64,000 nt of DNA, from contig NC_043003.1 in the NCBI RefSeq assembly GCF_006345805.1, forward strand, positions 93,806,001 through 93,870,000, written 5' to 3'. A program made the translations under genes and the position numbers. Below, piece after piece: positions 39,190 through 53,689 of this stretch. The notes under the pieces are model-generated. The model saw only the letters and a list, made by a program, of their open reading frames with translations, ran no database searches and had not been told where the DNA came from. The stretch comes from Octopus sinensis. Its lineage: Eukaryota. Position 1 is the stretch's first letter; each line of letters begins with the position of its first letter.

Positions 39190-39528
39190 ATAATAGGAAG
39201 GAAAACAAAAAAAAAAAAATGCCATCCCTTAAAATTTGAAATAGGAAGAATTTGGAGCATGCGAACAGTAAAGGTTGTGTCTATAATAATTGGTGCGTTG
39301 GGAACAGTAAGCCAAGATATAGACAAATGGCTGAAGGAGATTGAAATAAAATGTCTGGTAGAGCTGCTACAGAAAGTTTGTCTCTTAGGGACAGCAAGGA
39401 TTAACATGAGGGTTCTAAGCACTTGGAAAACCGCTGAAAACTTGTGGATACCTGAGATTACAGAGATTAACCCGCTATCCAGATAGATCCCACCAGGAAT
39501 AAGACCGGACCTGAACCAGACCAAAATG
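39190..39528 (+). pseudogene. R4/Dong-clade extreme 3' fragment between (AAT)n tracts
   Basis: LKFEIGRIWSMRTVKVVSIIIGALGTVS...LLQKVCLLGTARI. Confidence 0.85.
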
Positions 39529-39547
39529 ATAATAATAATAATAATAA

Positions 39548-42500
39548 TCCTTTCTTTATTAGCCACAAAGGCCGACGAAAATAAGATTGGATATTACAAA
39601 ACATGAAGGACAAAGTGGGGTTACATAAAATGTCATGTAAAAAGTCAATGACAATGAAAAATATAACAAAGAAAATGCCTAAAGGAGGCAAGCAGCACTG
39701 GGCTACGAAAAATCAACAAGCGTCACGACTACTAAGGCAACAGCCCTCTCCCCATCTATGTCTCTCTCTCTCTCTCTCTCTCGGCTTTGGAAACTCAAAA
39801 GCGCAAGCTCAAAGTAGACCCATTAACATGGACCATCTTCTCCACATTCACTCACCTTTTAACAAAATTGCTGGAAGTCAGCACTTCTCTCTGAACCCTC
39901 ACTTTCCTTTTCAGATGGTATCTGAAAAAGTTGATGAGGGGTAGGCCAAAGAGAAAAGTATTTGTCTTCAGCCCTTCCAGTCTAGACCACCACACAACCT
40001 CTTTCGCTACAGCTACGAGACATGAAAATTGCTTTCCTTTGCCGGCCAAAGAAAGCCGGCGGGGCAATCTTCATGATGGAATCAGCCCACAAGCCGACAC
40101 ATCCTACACGTGACAGCAGGTGTTCGACATAAACCTGTATATCAGATATGCTCGGACACTGGATGAGTGCGTGCAAAACGGTTTCGTCGCTCTGCGCACA
40201 TTTTGGGCAGGTCCGACTGACGACACTTCTGTGCCTGTAGAGTTTATTTCGAACAGGCGAAGTTCTCCTGTAGCACTGCCAAGCCAGGGATTTCTGGAAA
40301 TTATCCATAGGCCCCGTACCGAAAGTCCTCCGAAACAGACTGGCGAGTTGAAATTGCTCGATGCCTAGAGTCTCCCCAAGAACGTCGTCGTTTCCTTTCA
40401 CCACTAACCCTCTATACAACGCCATAGTAGAACTTTCACTAACTGCATTGCCCGACTGGTTGAGGAGCGTGAGCACCTGGCGATACTCAAGTTGCCAGAC
40501 GCCATACCACAGTCTACGCTTGATCTATGATTGCAGCTCACTCAAAGGAAAGCGAGTCTGACAAACGGCGACCACATCTGTTCACCATCGTTGAGGAAAC
40601 GCTGGATGTGCCGCAGCCTCAGCGCATGTCTGCACATCAATAGCCACGCCATATCCAGCCCACCGTTCATAGGCTGTTGACAGCACATGGAGCACCAGTT
40701 CTCCAGCTGGAGGTCTGGTCCGAACCAGGTCCCGAGCAATTTTACGGGCCCGATCGTCCAACATCTTACAACGCTGTCGGTTGACATGGATCTGCCTCTC
40801 CAGGTGCCGAGCTGCAGGCTCACCGATTTTTCCGTATTAATCTTCGCATTCTTTCACAGTAGAGCTGACCAGATCTATGGGCTTTTCGTCTGACATTATG
40901 ACGGTAACGTCGTCTGCATACGTCAGTTACGTCAGTTACAATGCCTTTCCTAAGCGCCTCTTCTAGCTTTCTCACCAAATAGTTCTCAAATCTATTTCTT
41001 CCTACAGCTAAAACGTTGCTAAATCTAACTGATTCTACTTTGATGACCCATTTTAGGTTATACCACCATTTATTGTTGACGATTGCCACCATCAAAGCTT
41101 TCTGAACTAACTCTTTAATCCGGTCTCTGTAAGCTTGATACGCCGAGAGTAACGTGTTCAGCGTTGCCGGGGCACTGTCTATCTATGCTAAGTCAACCTT
41201 ACAGGCCAACGATTTGGGATCTGTGTAGCCGACTATTTGAAATTGCGGACAACTACTGCTATCCCCATCTAAAGGCCTGCAAAATAATCGATCTAGATAC
41301 GATCTGGATAATCCGATGCGGTTTGCCCATGTCCACATTCACTCAATCGGGAAATCTAGTCGGTACCTCTCAGACAGTTGAAAGTGTCTGAGCAGGTTTG
41401 CGTGGATTTTGCAAATCCAACTGTGCATCTAAGATGGCGTTGAAATCACCCACTAACACTAAAGGTAGGGACGTACCCAGGAAGACCTCCAGACGCCTGA
41501 CGTATTCCAGCTGTCCTGCACTTGTTGATGCATAAACAGCCACCAGTTTGAAAGCCCCACTGTTACTACCACTCACGTCCAAGACCACCTACTTACCTTC
41601 TGGGTCTAAGAAGACTGACCTTATTTTGAGATCCAGACCTTTTCGAAACAATACGGAAGTACCCACACCACACATTCCCTGCCGACACGGAGTTGCATAG
41701 ACCTCGTAGTCATCGAAAATGGGCATGAAAGCTTGCGGTTCGCTTAGTCTTGATTCAGTAATGGTTATTATATCTATTCCTCGTGACCTGAGGTCGTTGA
41801 GTAGTGACCTTGTTTCCAAGGGGTCCCCAGGCCACGTACATTTATGCAACTTATTTTGAGTATGGCTGTTTCAGTGGCTGGTAAGGAGAAAAAAGGAGAG
41901 GACTACTTACCGTTAGCACTCTGAGGTGGGAGTGGGGCAGATGTCACGCTCCTTAAGTGGGCTGTGGTGGTTTCCATGACCAAGTATTTATAGAGGCTCC
42001 AGGACACCTTCGTGTTGAAGCCTCCAACCGCCTGTGGAAATTTGGATTTTATGTTGATGTATGTATGTTGCGATGTTCGAAGTATCTGCATGTGTGGTGG
42101 CGTGGGGAAAACAGTCAGACATTTTGATGTCTATATTTTTATTTATGTATAATAGTAAGTTTGTGTTGTCTGTGCGGTGAGTTTTGTGGTGTTTTTGTTA
42201 TTTTCGTTTACTTTTTGTGTTGACTCTGTTGTGCCTTGTACTGTTGGCTGTGTTAGTGGTGTTGGTAGTGATGGTGTTGGTGAAGGTGTTGGAAACGCGA
42301 GTATTGGTGTGTTGATGTTTTCGGGTGATTTTGAATGCTTTTCTTTTGGTGGGGGTACAGCTTGTTTATTTGTTGGTGTACTGTTGTGCCGTTTTCTTAG
42401 TCTTTTACGTGTGACTTCTCTCCACTCAATTCTGTCGGCCTCTCCGCACGACATGTCTGAGTGGGCATAGTCGGGAAGGGGTAGTTCCAGTGGGTCGAAA

Positions 42501-43945
42501 TTTGCTGATGCTTTTGTTTCTTTTGCAAGTGCTGCGTTGATGGTGTTTGTTGGCGTTGTGGTGGTGGTGATTGTGTATTCAGTGCCTCTGTTGTTGTTGG
42601 CGTTGTTGTCTCTCATGTAGTTGTTGTTGTTGTTGTTATTGGTGGTGGTGGTGTGTTTGCTGGATCCCTTTCCGTTTTCTTTTCTCGTAAGGTTTCTTCT
42701 CTTGTTGAGGTTGCTTTTGTTGTTGGGGTTGCTTCAGTTCTTGTGGTGTGGGTGGTGCTTGAATAAAGGGAGTAGTGCCCTCCTTCTGTTTTAGTTGGAG
42801 GAAGAAGGCTTTCAGGTGGTTATTCTGTCCGCATTGATAACAACTTGACCTTCTGCCCTCAACTATGAAGTTCAGCATCGTGCAATCTGGAAGGCCGAGT
42901 TGGTCAGTAATTTGTTCCAAAAGGTCTTGGTTTATTTGGACCATTATTTGCAATTCCTCTCCTGCCCAGTTGTTTTTTCCTCGTTTCTCGACTTCATTTC
43001 TCCTTCATTTCTGGTGCTATCTCCAGCACTTTTCATCTTGGCGGCGGTCTGTCCCAAGAATGCTGGAATTAGGACAAGTCCACTGCTTCTCAGCCGGGCT
43101 GTTGGGTTCTGTTTTGCTACGTCTTCTGTAGCAAATCTGACTTCAATTGTGCCATATTTCTTACCCCTCGACAAATATGTTACGTCTTTCCCAATGGGTT
43201 GCAAGCATTTTTCAGCTACTTCCTTTGTGGCAGTTTCTAAAAGTCTATTTTTTTAAAGATATAGTGTTGTACACTAGGGTACGTTTGTTTGTAATGTCTA
43301 TAATATCTGGAGGTGTGTTCATCGAAACACATCTTTCGTTTTTTCTTTTTAACATGTTTCCGTAGTCTTTGAGAGATTCTACAGAAACATTAATGAATTT
43401 ATTTCTAGGCCTTAGCATTGAAGCCAAACCTCTGCTATTTTATGCATCAGGTTGTTGTTGTTGTTGTTGTTGTTGAGTGTTCAATGTATTAGTGTTAGTG
43501 GTTGTAGTGGGAGGGCTTTGATTCACAGGTATTGTGACGCTAACAGCGTCCATTAGCTGAATTTACTTGTTCTTTTCCTCTCCTTTCTCGCGTTTCTTTT
43601 CCTTTTCCTTCTGTTGTTCAGCGTTGCACGTGTTTACAAGACTTTGGTCGTCCTTCTCTCTGCCTTTTAAAGTGCATAGAGGGCGGAGACAATTAATTTT
43701 TTAACTGTTTTGGCTGTTTTCCGACAGCAGAGGGGAGAAGTCAAAAAGAAAGGAAGAGCCGACACTCTTCTCCAAGGATATTTTGCAAGTTTTAAAATTG
43801 ACAAATGGTGAAGTCCCGCCTAACCGCTCAGCTCAGCAAGAGTCCAGTCTGCCTGGCCACAGAAATGTAAAAAAATTTCAGATACAACAATATTATCTGT
43901 AAAAATCGAACATAAACTTACAGCTCAAGAACACACGTCCTTCTT
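39548..43945 (-). mobile_element. L1/Tx1-clade LINE, both ends present, degenerate, large internal RT deletion
   Basis: ORF1 knuckle CYQCGQNNHLKA; ORF2 APE (INVRG, ITES, VLVGDFNAIL); YADDV at ~40905-40920; C-terminal CPKCAQSDETVLHALIQC; 3' end tttgtggctaataaagaaagg(ATT)n. Confidence 0.9.
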
Positions 43946-43989
43946 ATTTGAAATCCACGAGCCTTATTCGATAATGGTAATAAATAATG

Positions 43990-44580
43990 CTGGTTTATTG
44001 ACCACAAGGACTAATATAAAATCAAAAACATGTAAAGACAAACACAGGACAATAAAAATAAAGGGTTTTGCAAAAGAAAGGTCCGTGTAAACATTAAGTA
44101 ACAGCGAAAATATAACAAGTAAAAACTCCCAATTGGGGGAGGCGCTTTGAAAGGTTACTTGTAGGAAACCCGTAAAAGCCGCAGGAACCTGGTCGAACGG
44201 GGATAGAGTCCCGTCTTTTATATTCTTTTTTTTACAGGTGTAATCTCAGAATTGGTCCGTTCATATTGGCCATTTTACCGACATTCACCCACCTTTCAGC
44301 AAATTTGCTACGAGACAGCACTTCCCTCTCTACTCTCACCTTCTTTTTCAAGTGGAACTTGAAAAAGTTGATGAGGCATTGGCCAAAGAGGAAAGTGTCT
44401 GACTTTAGCCCTTTCAAACGGATCCACCATAACCACCTCTTTCGCTTCAGCCACAAGACAAATGAAAATTGCCTTGCCCTCCCGGTTAAAAGAGGTCGGC
44501 GGGATAATCTTCACTTTGGATTTAGCTGATAGCCGGATCTGTCCTACACGCGACAGTGGCTGTTCGACATAAATTTCAAT
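43990..44580 (-). mobile_element. L1/Tx1 3' fragment directly upstream of the large copy
   Basis: FICLVAEAKEVVMVD...FKFHLKKKVRVEREVLS...AERWVNV, homologous to 39860-40110 and 18600-18950. Confidence 0.85.
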
Positions 44581-46623
44581 AATAATAGTAATGAATTGGG
44601 GATGTGTATGACATATGATACAGGGACACTAGGGAAATATGTCGTGTGACCACATGTGATACACAGGCAGGTAAAGGGTTAAATATTTGATTATAACTAT
44701 GATTTTCCTTCATAGCAGAAAGCAAAATGCAAGACCATTTTTTCAATGTTAAAATGTTTTATTATAATCAAGATTTCGACCCATAATTAAAGTTGCTCCA
44801 AGTGCAATATTACGACATGTTTCATTATCTTAATGATTTTGATTATGTCTACGATTTTCCGCGATGGCTGACATTGTTGAAAGAAAAATACAACTTTTTA
44901 AAATTATATTAATGAGTTTGATTATGACCGCGATCGTCTTCCATAAGTAAAGCTGTTAAAAGCATCACTCTAGAATTCATGTCGTGACAAGCAGAAATAT
45001 ATTTTAAGATTACAAAGATTTCTAAGATAGACATGATAGACATTTTATTGGAGGATATAAAAATTATTCGATTACTAAAGGCTGTTATATCGAATGAGAG
45101 ATGAGATACTTTATTTTGTCTATACTTAGACTAAAGTAATGATTATAATAAAATCAACTAAATATTTTGCTAAGATACTTGTAATTGCTGAACTACCGAT
45201 TAATTGACAATAGATTCATGTATCCAACTTTAGCAAAATCAAGAAAATTTTTATAAAATTTTAAACATTTTTCGAGGTAATAATATAGCATAAAAATAAG
45301 CTATAACTGTCATTCAAAAATACCAACGTTAGTCATGAACATATTGAATGAATTCCAAATTCAATAGAATTACGTTCATCCTGATGCACTGTTAATCTAT
45401 TCCAATAACATAATTATTTGCCGTAGTCTAATCGATCTTTTAATTACTTTTCTGGACAGTTATTCAACCATCTGCTGTCACCGAAAGGCATTTAAGTTGA
45501 GAAATAATTAATTTCGCCCGTACGCTTATGAAGAATAAAGAAATGAATGCAATTAGATATTTATAAGTTTTCCGGCAACTTTTGTCTTTAAGTCTAGTTT
45601 CTTGCTTTGTCGAAAATCTCAAGTTCTATCTAATGCATTTCTTCATTTCATCACCAATGCAATATTTGTTAGTGAAATTGTTATTGAACGTCATAATTAT
45701 ATGTAAATAAGATTTAGAACCAAATAAATTGAAACTTGAATATTCATTATATTTTTAAATAGTTTATATAACATTACCAGGCCTTAGGAAGTAATCATAA
45801 TTTCTAACGACAAATTGAAATAAACAGAAACTAAACGGGAGATGAAATTTCTAACGAGAGAATATTTTAATCATTATTATACAAACAGCACATTGAAGGC
45901 ACGTGGCCAACTGTTTAAGGTGTTCAGCTTAAATAGTAGGTTCGATTCCTAAGCCGGGCAGCGTATCATGTCTTTAAATAAGGCACTTCAAATCTCATTC
46001 TGAACAACTATAAACGAATGCTGGTCAGATGCTGATGCAGTCTTTTCTACCTCCGTTGAGTCAAGGTTGAGGGGCCCAGAAAGTATCTATGTTTGCCCCC
46101 AACCACATAGGGATTTAATATAATGAAAGCATGGTGTATGTTATCAAGTAATACTCGCTCGCGCGTGGCCGTACTGTATACAGACAGCAAGCAAAGTAAG
46201 TAGGTTGAAATGCTGAAATGTCTGCCTGTAACGTATGCAATGTATATTAATGACCTTCTATATATGCCATTCACATAAAAAAAAGATTGACTTCAAAGTT
46301 TATCGTTTTAGTACCATTAAAATAGACATAAGATTTCTTGTCATAATACAAAAGCTAGAAGCTGTTTATTGTTTTATCTTTACTAGAGTGATAAAAGGCT
46401 CGAGGATGTAAAGAAACGGAACTAAATTCTGAAAACGCATATAGTTTTGTATTCTCCCAATTCTGACACTTCATTGGTCTTCTAGCTCCGTTGAATTCAG
46501 AATCAGTCATGTAGATGAGTCGATTCAATCGCCTATAATTTTCCGTATAAGCTTCCGCTTTATACCCAATCAAAACAATGCAATCAACAAAATAAACACA
46601 TATATGTATGTATGTTGTTTGTG

Positions 46624-46686
<63 letters not shown>

Positions 46687-46740
46687 CCCCCTCTCTATCC
46701 CTCTTTCACTCTCTCTTGCGCTCTCTCTCTCTCTTTCTCT

Positions 46741-46784
<44 letters not shown>

Positions 46785-46990
46785 GAATGCAGCACAGAAT
46801 TTTGTCAGTGAACAGGTCGCGGTTTCAAAACGACGAAAATATTTTGACAAATTAAATTTAATGTTGAAATGAATCTAACGGTTTGTGTGTGTGTTTTAAA
46901 TGGCTTATAAACATCTTCAACACTGCAATGTTTTTGTTTCAACACACAATCTCAGATCAAGTCACTTGCTATTGAAGTACTTCTCCGTAT

Positions 46991-47075
<85 letters not shown>

Positions 47076-47144
47076 CACACAACACATATATATATATATA
47101 TATATATATACACAACACACAACATATATATATATATATATAAT

Positions 47145-48035
47145 GTGAAATAGAAAGATGAATAATCTTGTTGTAGATTAATCAAAAGTTAACCGATACC
47201 TTAGTAGCAAAAACACAGCAGTAAACAGCACGGTTGGAGGTACAACCATCTGGCGTTGCAACCGTGCGTTGGTGCGGATAATTGAAATTAAAACATTATT
47301 GGTGAATTGAAGAAATGGAGCTGAACGCAGATTGAACAGAAATCGTTTTATTTCATTCTACACGTGTTTCGAAAGGCACAAATTACCAAAATCCGATGAA
47401 TAATGGGACCATATCGTGTCTTTCTCTTCAGGAAGAAAAAAGGAAATCCGTTAGAGAAACAAAAACAGAACAGAGGCGGAGCAAAAACCAAATCGAACTA
47501 TGCTCCTAAGAGCCCATGGCGAAACTGTTTATCAGTGTATGCTGAGAACCGGTGGCTGAAGAATTCTACAGGTCAGGCATCGGTCAATCATGTGGGTGAG
47601 GGTGTATAGATGTTCTTAGTGACCGAGAATAAAGTTCTGACTATTTAAGGAATATTGGATGTTTTATAAGGGGCGAGAAAAAATACTTAGAGACGTGTGT
47701 GTGTGTATACTGTTCTATATATGTGTGTGTTGGCGTAGGGGTAGAGAAAACACTTTTTGTGTACGTGTGTGCGTTTGATCGTTCGGCTGTCAGTGGCACT
47801 GCCGTGATAACGTTGGGTGGCAGAAAGAAAAATATATATATATTATGTTTTATGTGTGTGTGTGTTCATCTGAGCCTGCCTTGTCAAGGAAACCCCCCGC
47901 TGTGTGAAAAAACCAAGCCCCGTTTGTCTTACAGGAGTAATTCCCCTTGCAGTGGATAATCGTAGATATCTTAAAGGCTATTTCAGAATTTGTTACCAGG
48001 GCTAGGGTGCCGGTATTATTTATAAACGCTATTTA
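47145..48035 (-). mobile_element. Penelope-like pseudo-LTR / retrozyme-like repeat, copy 2
   Basis: Homolog of 1800-2515; TATAAAA at 47668-47662, hammerhead, AATAAA at 47352-47347; ~150 bp extra 3' sequence, then (TA)n. Confidence 0.7.
47356..47434 (-). ncRNA. Minimal type I hammerhead ribozyme with intact core
   Basis: Minus strand: ttc CTGAAGA gaaagacacga...tttgtgcctttc GAAA cacgtG TA gaa; palindromic CACGTG stem III; GUA triplet, predicted cut 3' of 47359. Confidence 0.75.
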
Positions 48036-51000
48036 AAAGCCAGATAAGTGTAACGCCGCCAAGGGGGCATCGAAAAGCCGACTGTAAGAGCCCGTTTACC
48101 ATCCGGCCTCTGGCAAACAAAATATGGAAGAGTTCGGAGACACAAAGGGTTACATGTCTTCTGCCCCTATCAAATGGGAGGGCCACCGACAAAATTGACC
48201 ATTCCAGCCTGTTAGCTTAAGTTCGTATCCTTCAGTCGCCATATTAGCTTACTGAGTCCCGTGGTCTGGCGCTTGTTCACGTCCCGAAAAGTTGCGTAAT
48301 GATTGGAGACACGCAAAGACAATCTTGAGGATGATGCCCTACATAAGTGAAGACATCTGAGTCATATATATAATAATATATATATATATGTATATATATA
48401 TATCCGTCTATCTGTCTTTCGAACAAGCGACCGAATTGGCAGGGTTATTCTTTTGAAGTCATACTGTATCTTTTCGTGATTTATCGCCTCTAAGATATAG
48501 CTACTGTGCAGTATGAAGGAAATTTACAACAACCGTCTAATGGTTTCTAATGGAACCTCCTTTCACGCTGCTTACTTCTTGTGATAGAATTTATAAATGT
48601 CCATGATCTGATTTGTTTTGGGGGTTTTATGATGCAGAAAACGTTAGCAGAAGGTTCTTAACACCTGGTTTCCTTCATTTGTCAGGATGTAATGTGAAAC
48701 TCATTTCAAGCAAGCTATTAATATTGATTTCTCACGTAGGCAAAATGCCAGAAAATTTATGGGAGATGAGTGTAAGCAAATGAATCGATCACACTACGTG
48801 ACCGGTACTGTATCTACTTCTCGAGCTCAGATGAATGAAAGGCAAAGTTGACAATGATTTGAAATTCGTACATAGAGCAATGTAAATAAAACTTGTAAGA
48901 TATTTAATCCGGCGTTCTACCACTTCCGCCATCTCATTGCTCTAAGATTGTAGTTAAATGACTTGAAATTTAATGTTTAAAAGTTTTCTTACAAAACCAG
49001 ATGAAAGATTTTGAGATGCAACTGGAAAAAAAGTCTTGGATTGCTGGCAAACTATCACTAATAGTCATAGAAATTATATTAATGGCTGAAAATATCAGTT
49101 GTTTCTATTGCTCTTGAAAACTTGAAGTATGAAAATATAACATCAAATCTAAATTACACATACGTATCCTTATTGAGAGAAAGACTTGATATATCTACCT
49201 TCCAAACTTATTCTTATGTTTTCCATTAACTTCAAAAATCATAGGTATAATCTAAACATTTTACATGTCAAAGAAATTAATTTAAAGGAAAATGGACTGG
49301 AATTTAGGTGCTAGGGAATGGAACAGCAATAAAAAATATAATTCTTTTATTCGTATGTAAGCTGGTGTTTGGTTATAAGCATGCATAAAGTGTCGAACCA
49401 ACGAAGCGGTTTTCACTAGTCGCTTGACCTGCTAAGAATAGTAGCTAAGTCTCTCTGAAACTATACCTTTTTATTTGCCTTCTTAAAAAGATACAGTGTA
49501 TAATGTGGCCTAAAGTATATTATAAAGATGGGATGTTCATGGCTGGCATAGCTGTGAATATAGGCCTATTTGATAAGGGATTTACACTAGGCCACATACA
49601 ATTTTGTTTTGGAGGTTACATATTGTAAAAGTAACTTCAATGGATCCAGTATATACTTGGTACTTATATTATCGACCCTAAAAGCATGAAAAGGAAGAAA
49701 TGAACCTATGAGAATTTGGTCTCAAAACGTTGAGAGATATAACGAAATATCGTAAAGAATTTGTTCAATGATCAAGCAATCTACTAATGTTTAAGAAGTG
49801 AATATTGACAAGCTAGCAAATGCGAAATATTATAACTTTTGACAAGCAGCATTTGGGAATTGTGAATGCAGTCAAGGAAAAGTTTTTGAAAGTTGTTCAA
49901 ATACACACTTATCATTCTGATCCACGATATATCATTTAACATAAAGGCAACAAAAGCCATCGAAGTAAACATAGGTGCATTAGATGACTCAGAGAAGATT
50001 GTAGTACGTAAATATTGATGAAGCTTCTCTTAAGTTATAGGCTTAAATTGTTCGAATAAAGAAGGAACGATATCTGGTTTGACTGTAAAAAGATACTTCA
50101 TCTCATCTAGGTCGCCCCATAGGACACTCCTTTTTAGGGGTTTCGGTTGCGCATACTATAGGAGTCACAGGGCGCTGCTCCGTGGGGTCCCACAGTTTCC
50201 ATCTAAGTAGGAATATTAGGGTCTCATCCATTACCTTGTGTTCAAGATCCTCTGCATGACATCCTGCTAGTTCAAAACCAGGAATCTGATCTGTTAGGTC
50301 CCACCGATAACTAAATCCATGCTCTGCTGCCAACGCTTCGATTTATTGTCGTTATGGTTTTGTCTGTCTCTTACCCTTCTACCTGTCTGGCCTGATAAGA
50401 CCTGCCTAAAGATTTCACTCTCTCCAGCATAACTCGGTCAATGGAACACACTGGCACTTCACCGCGATAAGGTACTTGTTGAATTGGCCGTTGACTACAC
50501 AGTAGTTCTTCCGCCCATTGACGGGTCTTACTTTTCGTCCCGACAGGTGTCCAACAATCATCCTCCTCATCAAGCAAGTTTGATGGGGTTACCAGTTTAG
50601 TCGCTGACGACCCGACTATACGACAAAAGATACTTAGTAATGTGCTGTCTGATATAAATACAAATGGGTAACACCTGATATTTAGCAGCTACCTAATGAA
50701 GTTGGTTAACGTACTAAAGCGTTTTTGTAGAGTTTCAACGTTTATGTACTGTTAAACGATTCTTAGTTCTGATACCCAAACTAGAAAACGTAAAGTATAT
50801 TTTATTTTGTAAAGACAGTTAATTATAGAAGTCTATAAGTTGAAATATGGGGACAGAATAACAGAGTGGGATTACTGGAGGTATCGATGATAGATGATTT
50901 TTATCCTAGTTTAGCCCCAAGTCAGCTGTCATTGAGTAAACTTATGATCAATGGCCTTCTATTTGTGGCCGTTGTATATTTTTGTACTTTAAACATTACG

Positions 51001-51077
51001 TTTGCATTGTGTCCTGTTTTTTAAAGACCGCCTGATGTGGTTTGCCATTCTAGTAGGTCGATTGGCATTGTAGAGTG

Positions 51078-51362
51078 GATGCACATGGCCTAGGGGTTAG
51101 AGCAGCGGACTTGCGGTCGAGGGATCACGGGTTCGAATCTCAGACCGGGTGATGTGTGTGTTTATGAGCGAAACACCTAAGTTCCACGTGGCTCCCGCAG
51201 AAGGTTATGACAAACTTCTGCTGACTCTTTCGCCACAACTTTCACTCTTTCCTCCTGCATCTTGCAGCTCACCTGCGACGGACCGGCGTCCCTACCAGGT
51301 GGGGAACATATACGCAAAGGAAACCTGGAAACCGGCCCTTATGAGCCAGGCGTGGCTCGACA
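51078..51362 (+). mobile_element. tRNA-derived SINE (OR-like)
   Basis: A box TGGCCTAGGGG, B box GGTTCGAATC; body and tail as at 8555-8842. Confidence 0.85.
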
Positions 51363-52122
51363 AGTAACGATTGGCATTGTAGAATCTTCTTCGTCGATTC
51401 GGCAGTTCATGGTTATAATTGTTGTACTTTTGATCTCATACAAATATGTATCATTTTAGAGCTGCTTGGCATTAGAAGTGTTAGCTCAGAGTTGACACTA
51501 TGTTCACATACGTAGATATTTTACAACTTAAAATGTTAGTAAATCAATTGGATGGACACATAATAATGATAGCATTGACTATATTATGAAGTCCGATCTA
51601 CCTTTTCACTTACCAGAGAATAGTTCGCTCCACCAACAACCATTAAACCTTCGATAAGTTAATGTGACATCAACACTTAAGTGTTGCTACCACACCTGGG
51701 TTGGTTTTGCTGTGGCACATGCTGATAACTTAGACCGCATCCAACCGATTGCGATTAAGTTTTTAATGAACGCAAGATAATCTCTCGTCAACAAACGCGC
51801 TGCTTTTTTCCTCTGCCTTTTCTACCGATATTGCAGTCACTTCTGTTTTTGTCGAACCTCCTAGTTACATGCCACCTTCATTCAAGTAACCATGAGCGAC
51901 TCGTCTCTTATCTTGATACTCATATTAAATCCAATCCTCAGCCACCCACCATGCACTAACTATTGCGTACAATCCTTGATTCTCAGACTATCAGTTGTAC
52001 AGAATTTTTTCCTACACATTTTCCTGTAGTTGTTGAAGTACAATTGCTTAAGAACAATTTCTGTGTCACTCTGACTGATCTTGGAACAACTGTGATGGTC
52101 ATGGGGACAATACTACCCTCAA

Positions 52123-52213
<91 letters not shown>

Positions 52214-52224
52214 CATCTATCTAT

Positions 52225-52256
<32 letters not shown>

Positions 52257-52634
52257 CTATGTATATATGGTGTATATGATATATATTTATAAGATGTATA
52301 TACATATACGTATATACATATCTATATCATATATGAGTGTTTGGGAGCGTTTGCACGCGGGCGTCCATGTGTGTGTTATAAGTTTATAGTGAAACAAATA
52401 TAACGATAGGGAAGTCTTAAATTATTAACTTGCATGTTCTTCGTCAAAGTGGTATGCGAGAGATAGACGTTAGATAGTGAAGCAGATATGTATATATACA
52501 TTCATACATTCATACATACATATATATATATATATACATTTATACATACATACATATATATATTTACATATATACATACCCCCACATATAAACACACATA
52601 TATAAATATATATATATATATAAATAAATATATG

Positions 52635-52755
<121 letters not shown>

Positions 52756-53282
52756 GAGAGTGAAAGAGAAGGAGAGAAAAGAGTTTTGGCTTTGATACAA
52801 TGAGAGTTTGTATTTCGATAATTTGTTTCACTATATAAGTATGGCTTGTATCCTTGACCCGGAGAAGGTGAAAATGTCAAATAAAATTTGGATGGTTACG
52901 AAAGTTAGACTGAAGATATATTTGCAAAATGTAATGATTATTATAAGATCAAATTGCTGCTGGTACAATGTCATTTATTTGGCTAAAGTGATCCAGTGAA
53001 ATAATGGTAATAAAATAATGTTTATCGATTTGGAAGGACAAACAAATTGCATTGTGTGTAATTCTGTTTTACAAGAAATTTCCCTATGTACATGGCGGCT
53101 GGTTTTCATGTTTATATAAAGAGTCAAATTTTGTCTTCTTTCTTAGGAAATGATATAATCTTAAGTAAATATACATAATTACTTAAAAACAACTTGCCTA
53201 CATTAATTCTTGAATTTACACGGAAATAGAAAAAAAAATAGTTACAAATCCACACGTTCTGAGAGTTTGTCTTCCTACGTGC

Positions 53283-53378
<96 letters not shown>

Positions 53379-53689
53379 TTAACTGCCTGTCCGTCTGTCT
53401 GTCTAATCTATCCATCTTCCTATCTGTTTACTTGGTTTTAGTTTTCGAAAATCTCACCAACGAAGAAAGAGTCGGTTTCTAGCTTATAAACGAAGCTCTA
53501 CATTCAGATTTAGACAACATCAATAGAGTAGTCCCATATATGTGTATGTATGCGTATATACGTATGCATATGTATACTATTATGTGTGTATGTACAAGCT
53601 TCTGTACGTGCGTATGCATGTTTACACGGACACATGAATGCAGGCATGGATATCATTGCATATCTGGATCCTATTTCATGCTAAGCTTC

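Noticed and set aside
50100-50640. GC-richer segments with short ORFs (also 34380-34620, 48040-48360, 62900-63130)
   Set aside because: Probably LINE 5' regions or old repeats; no family could be assigned and no HDV-like ribozyme could be folded by eye.
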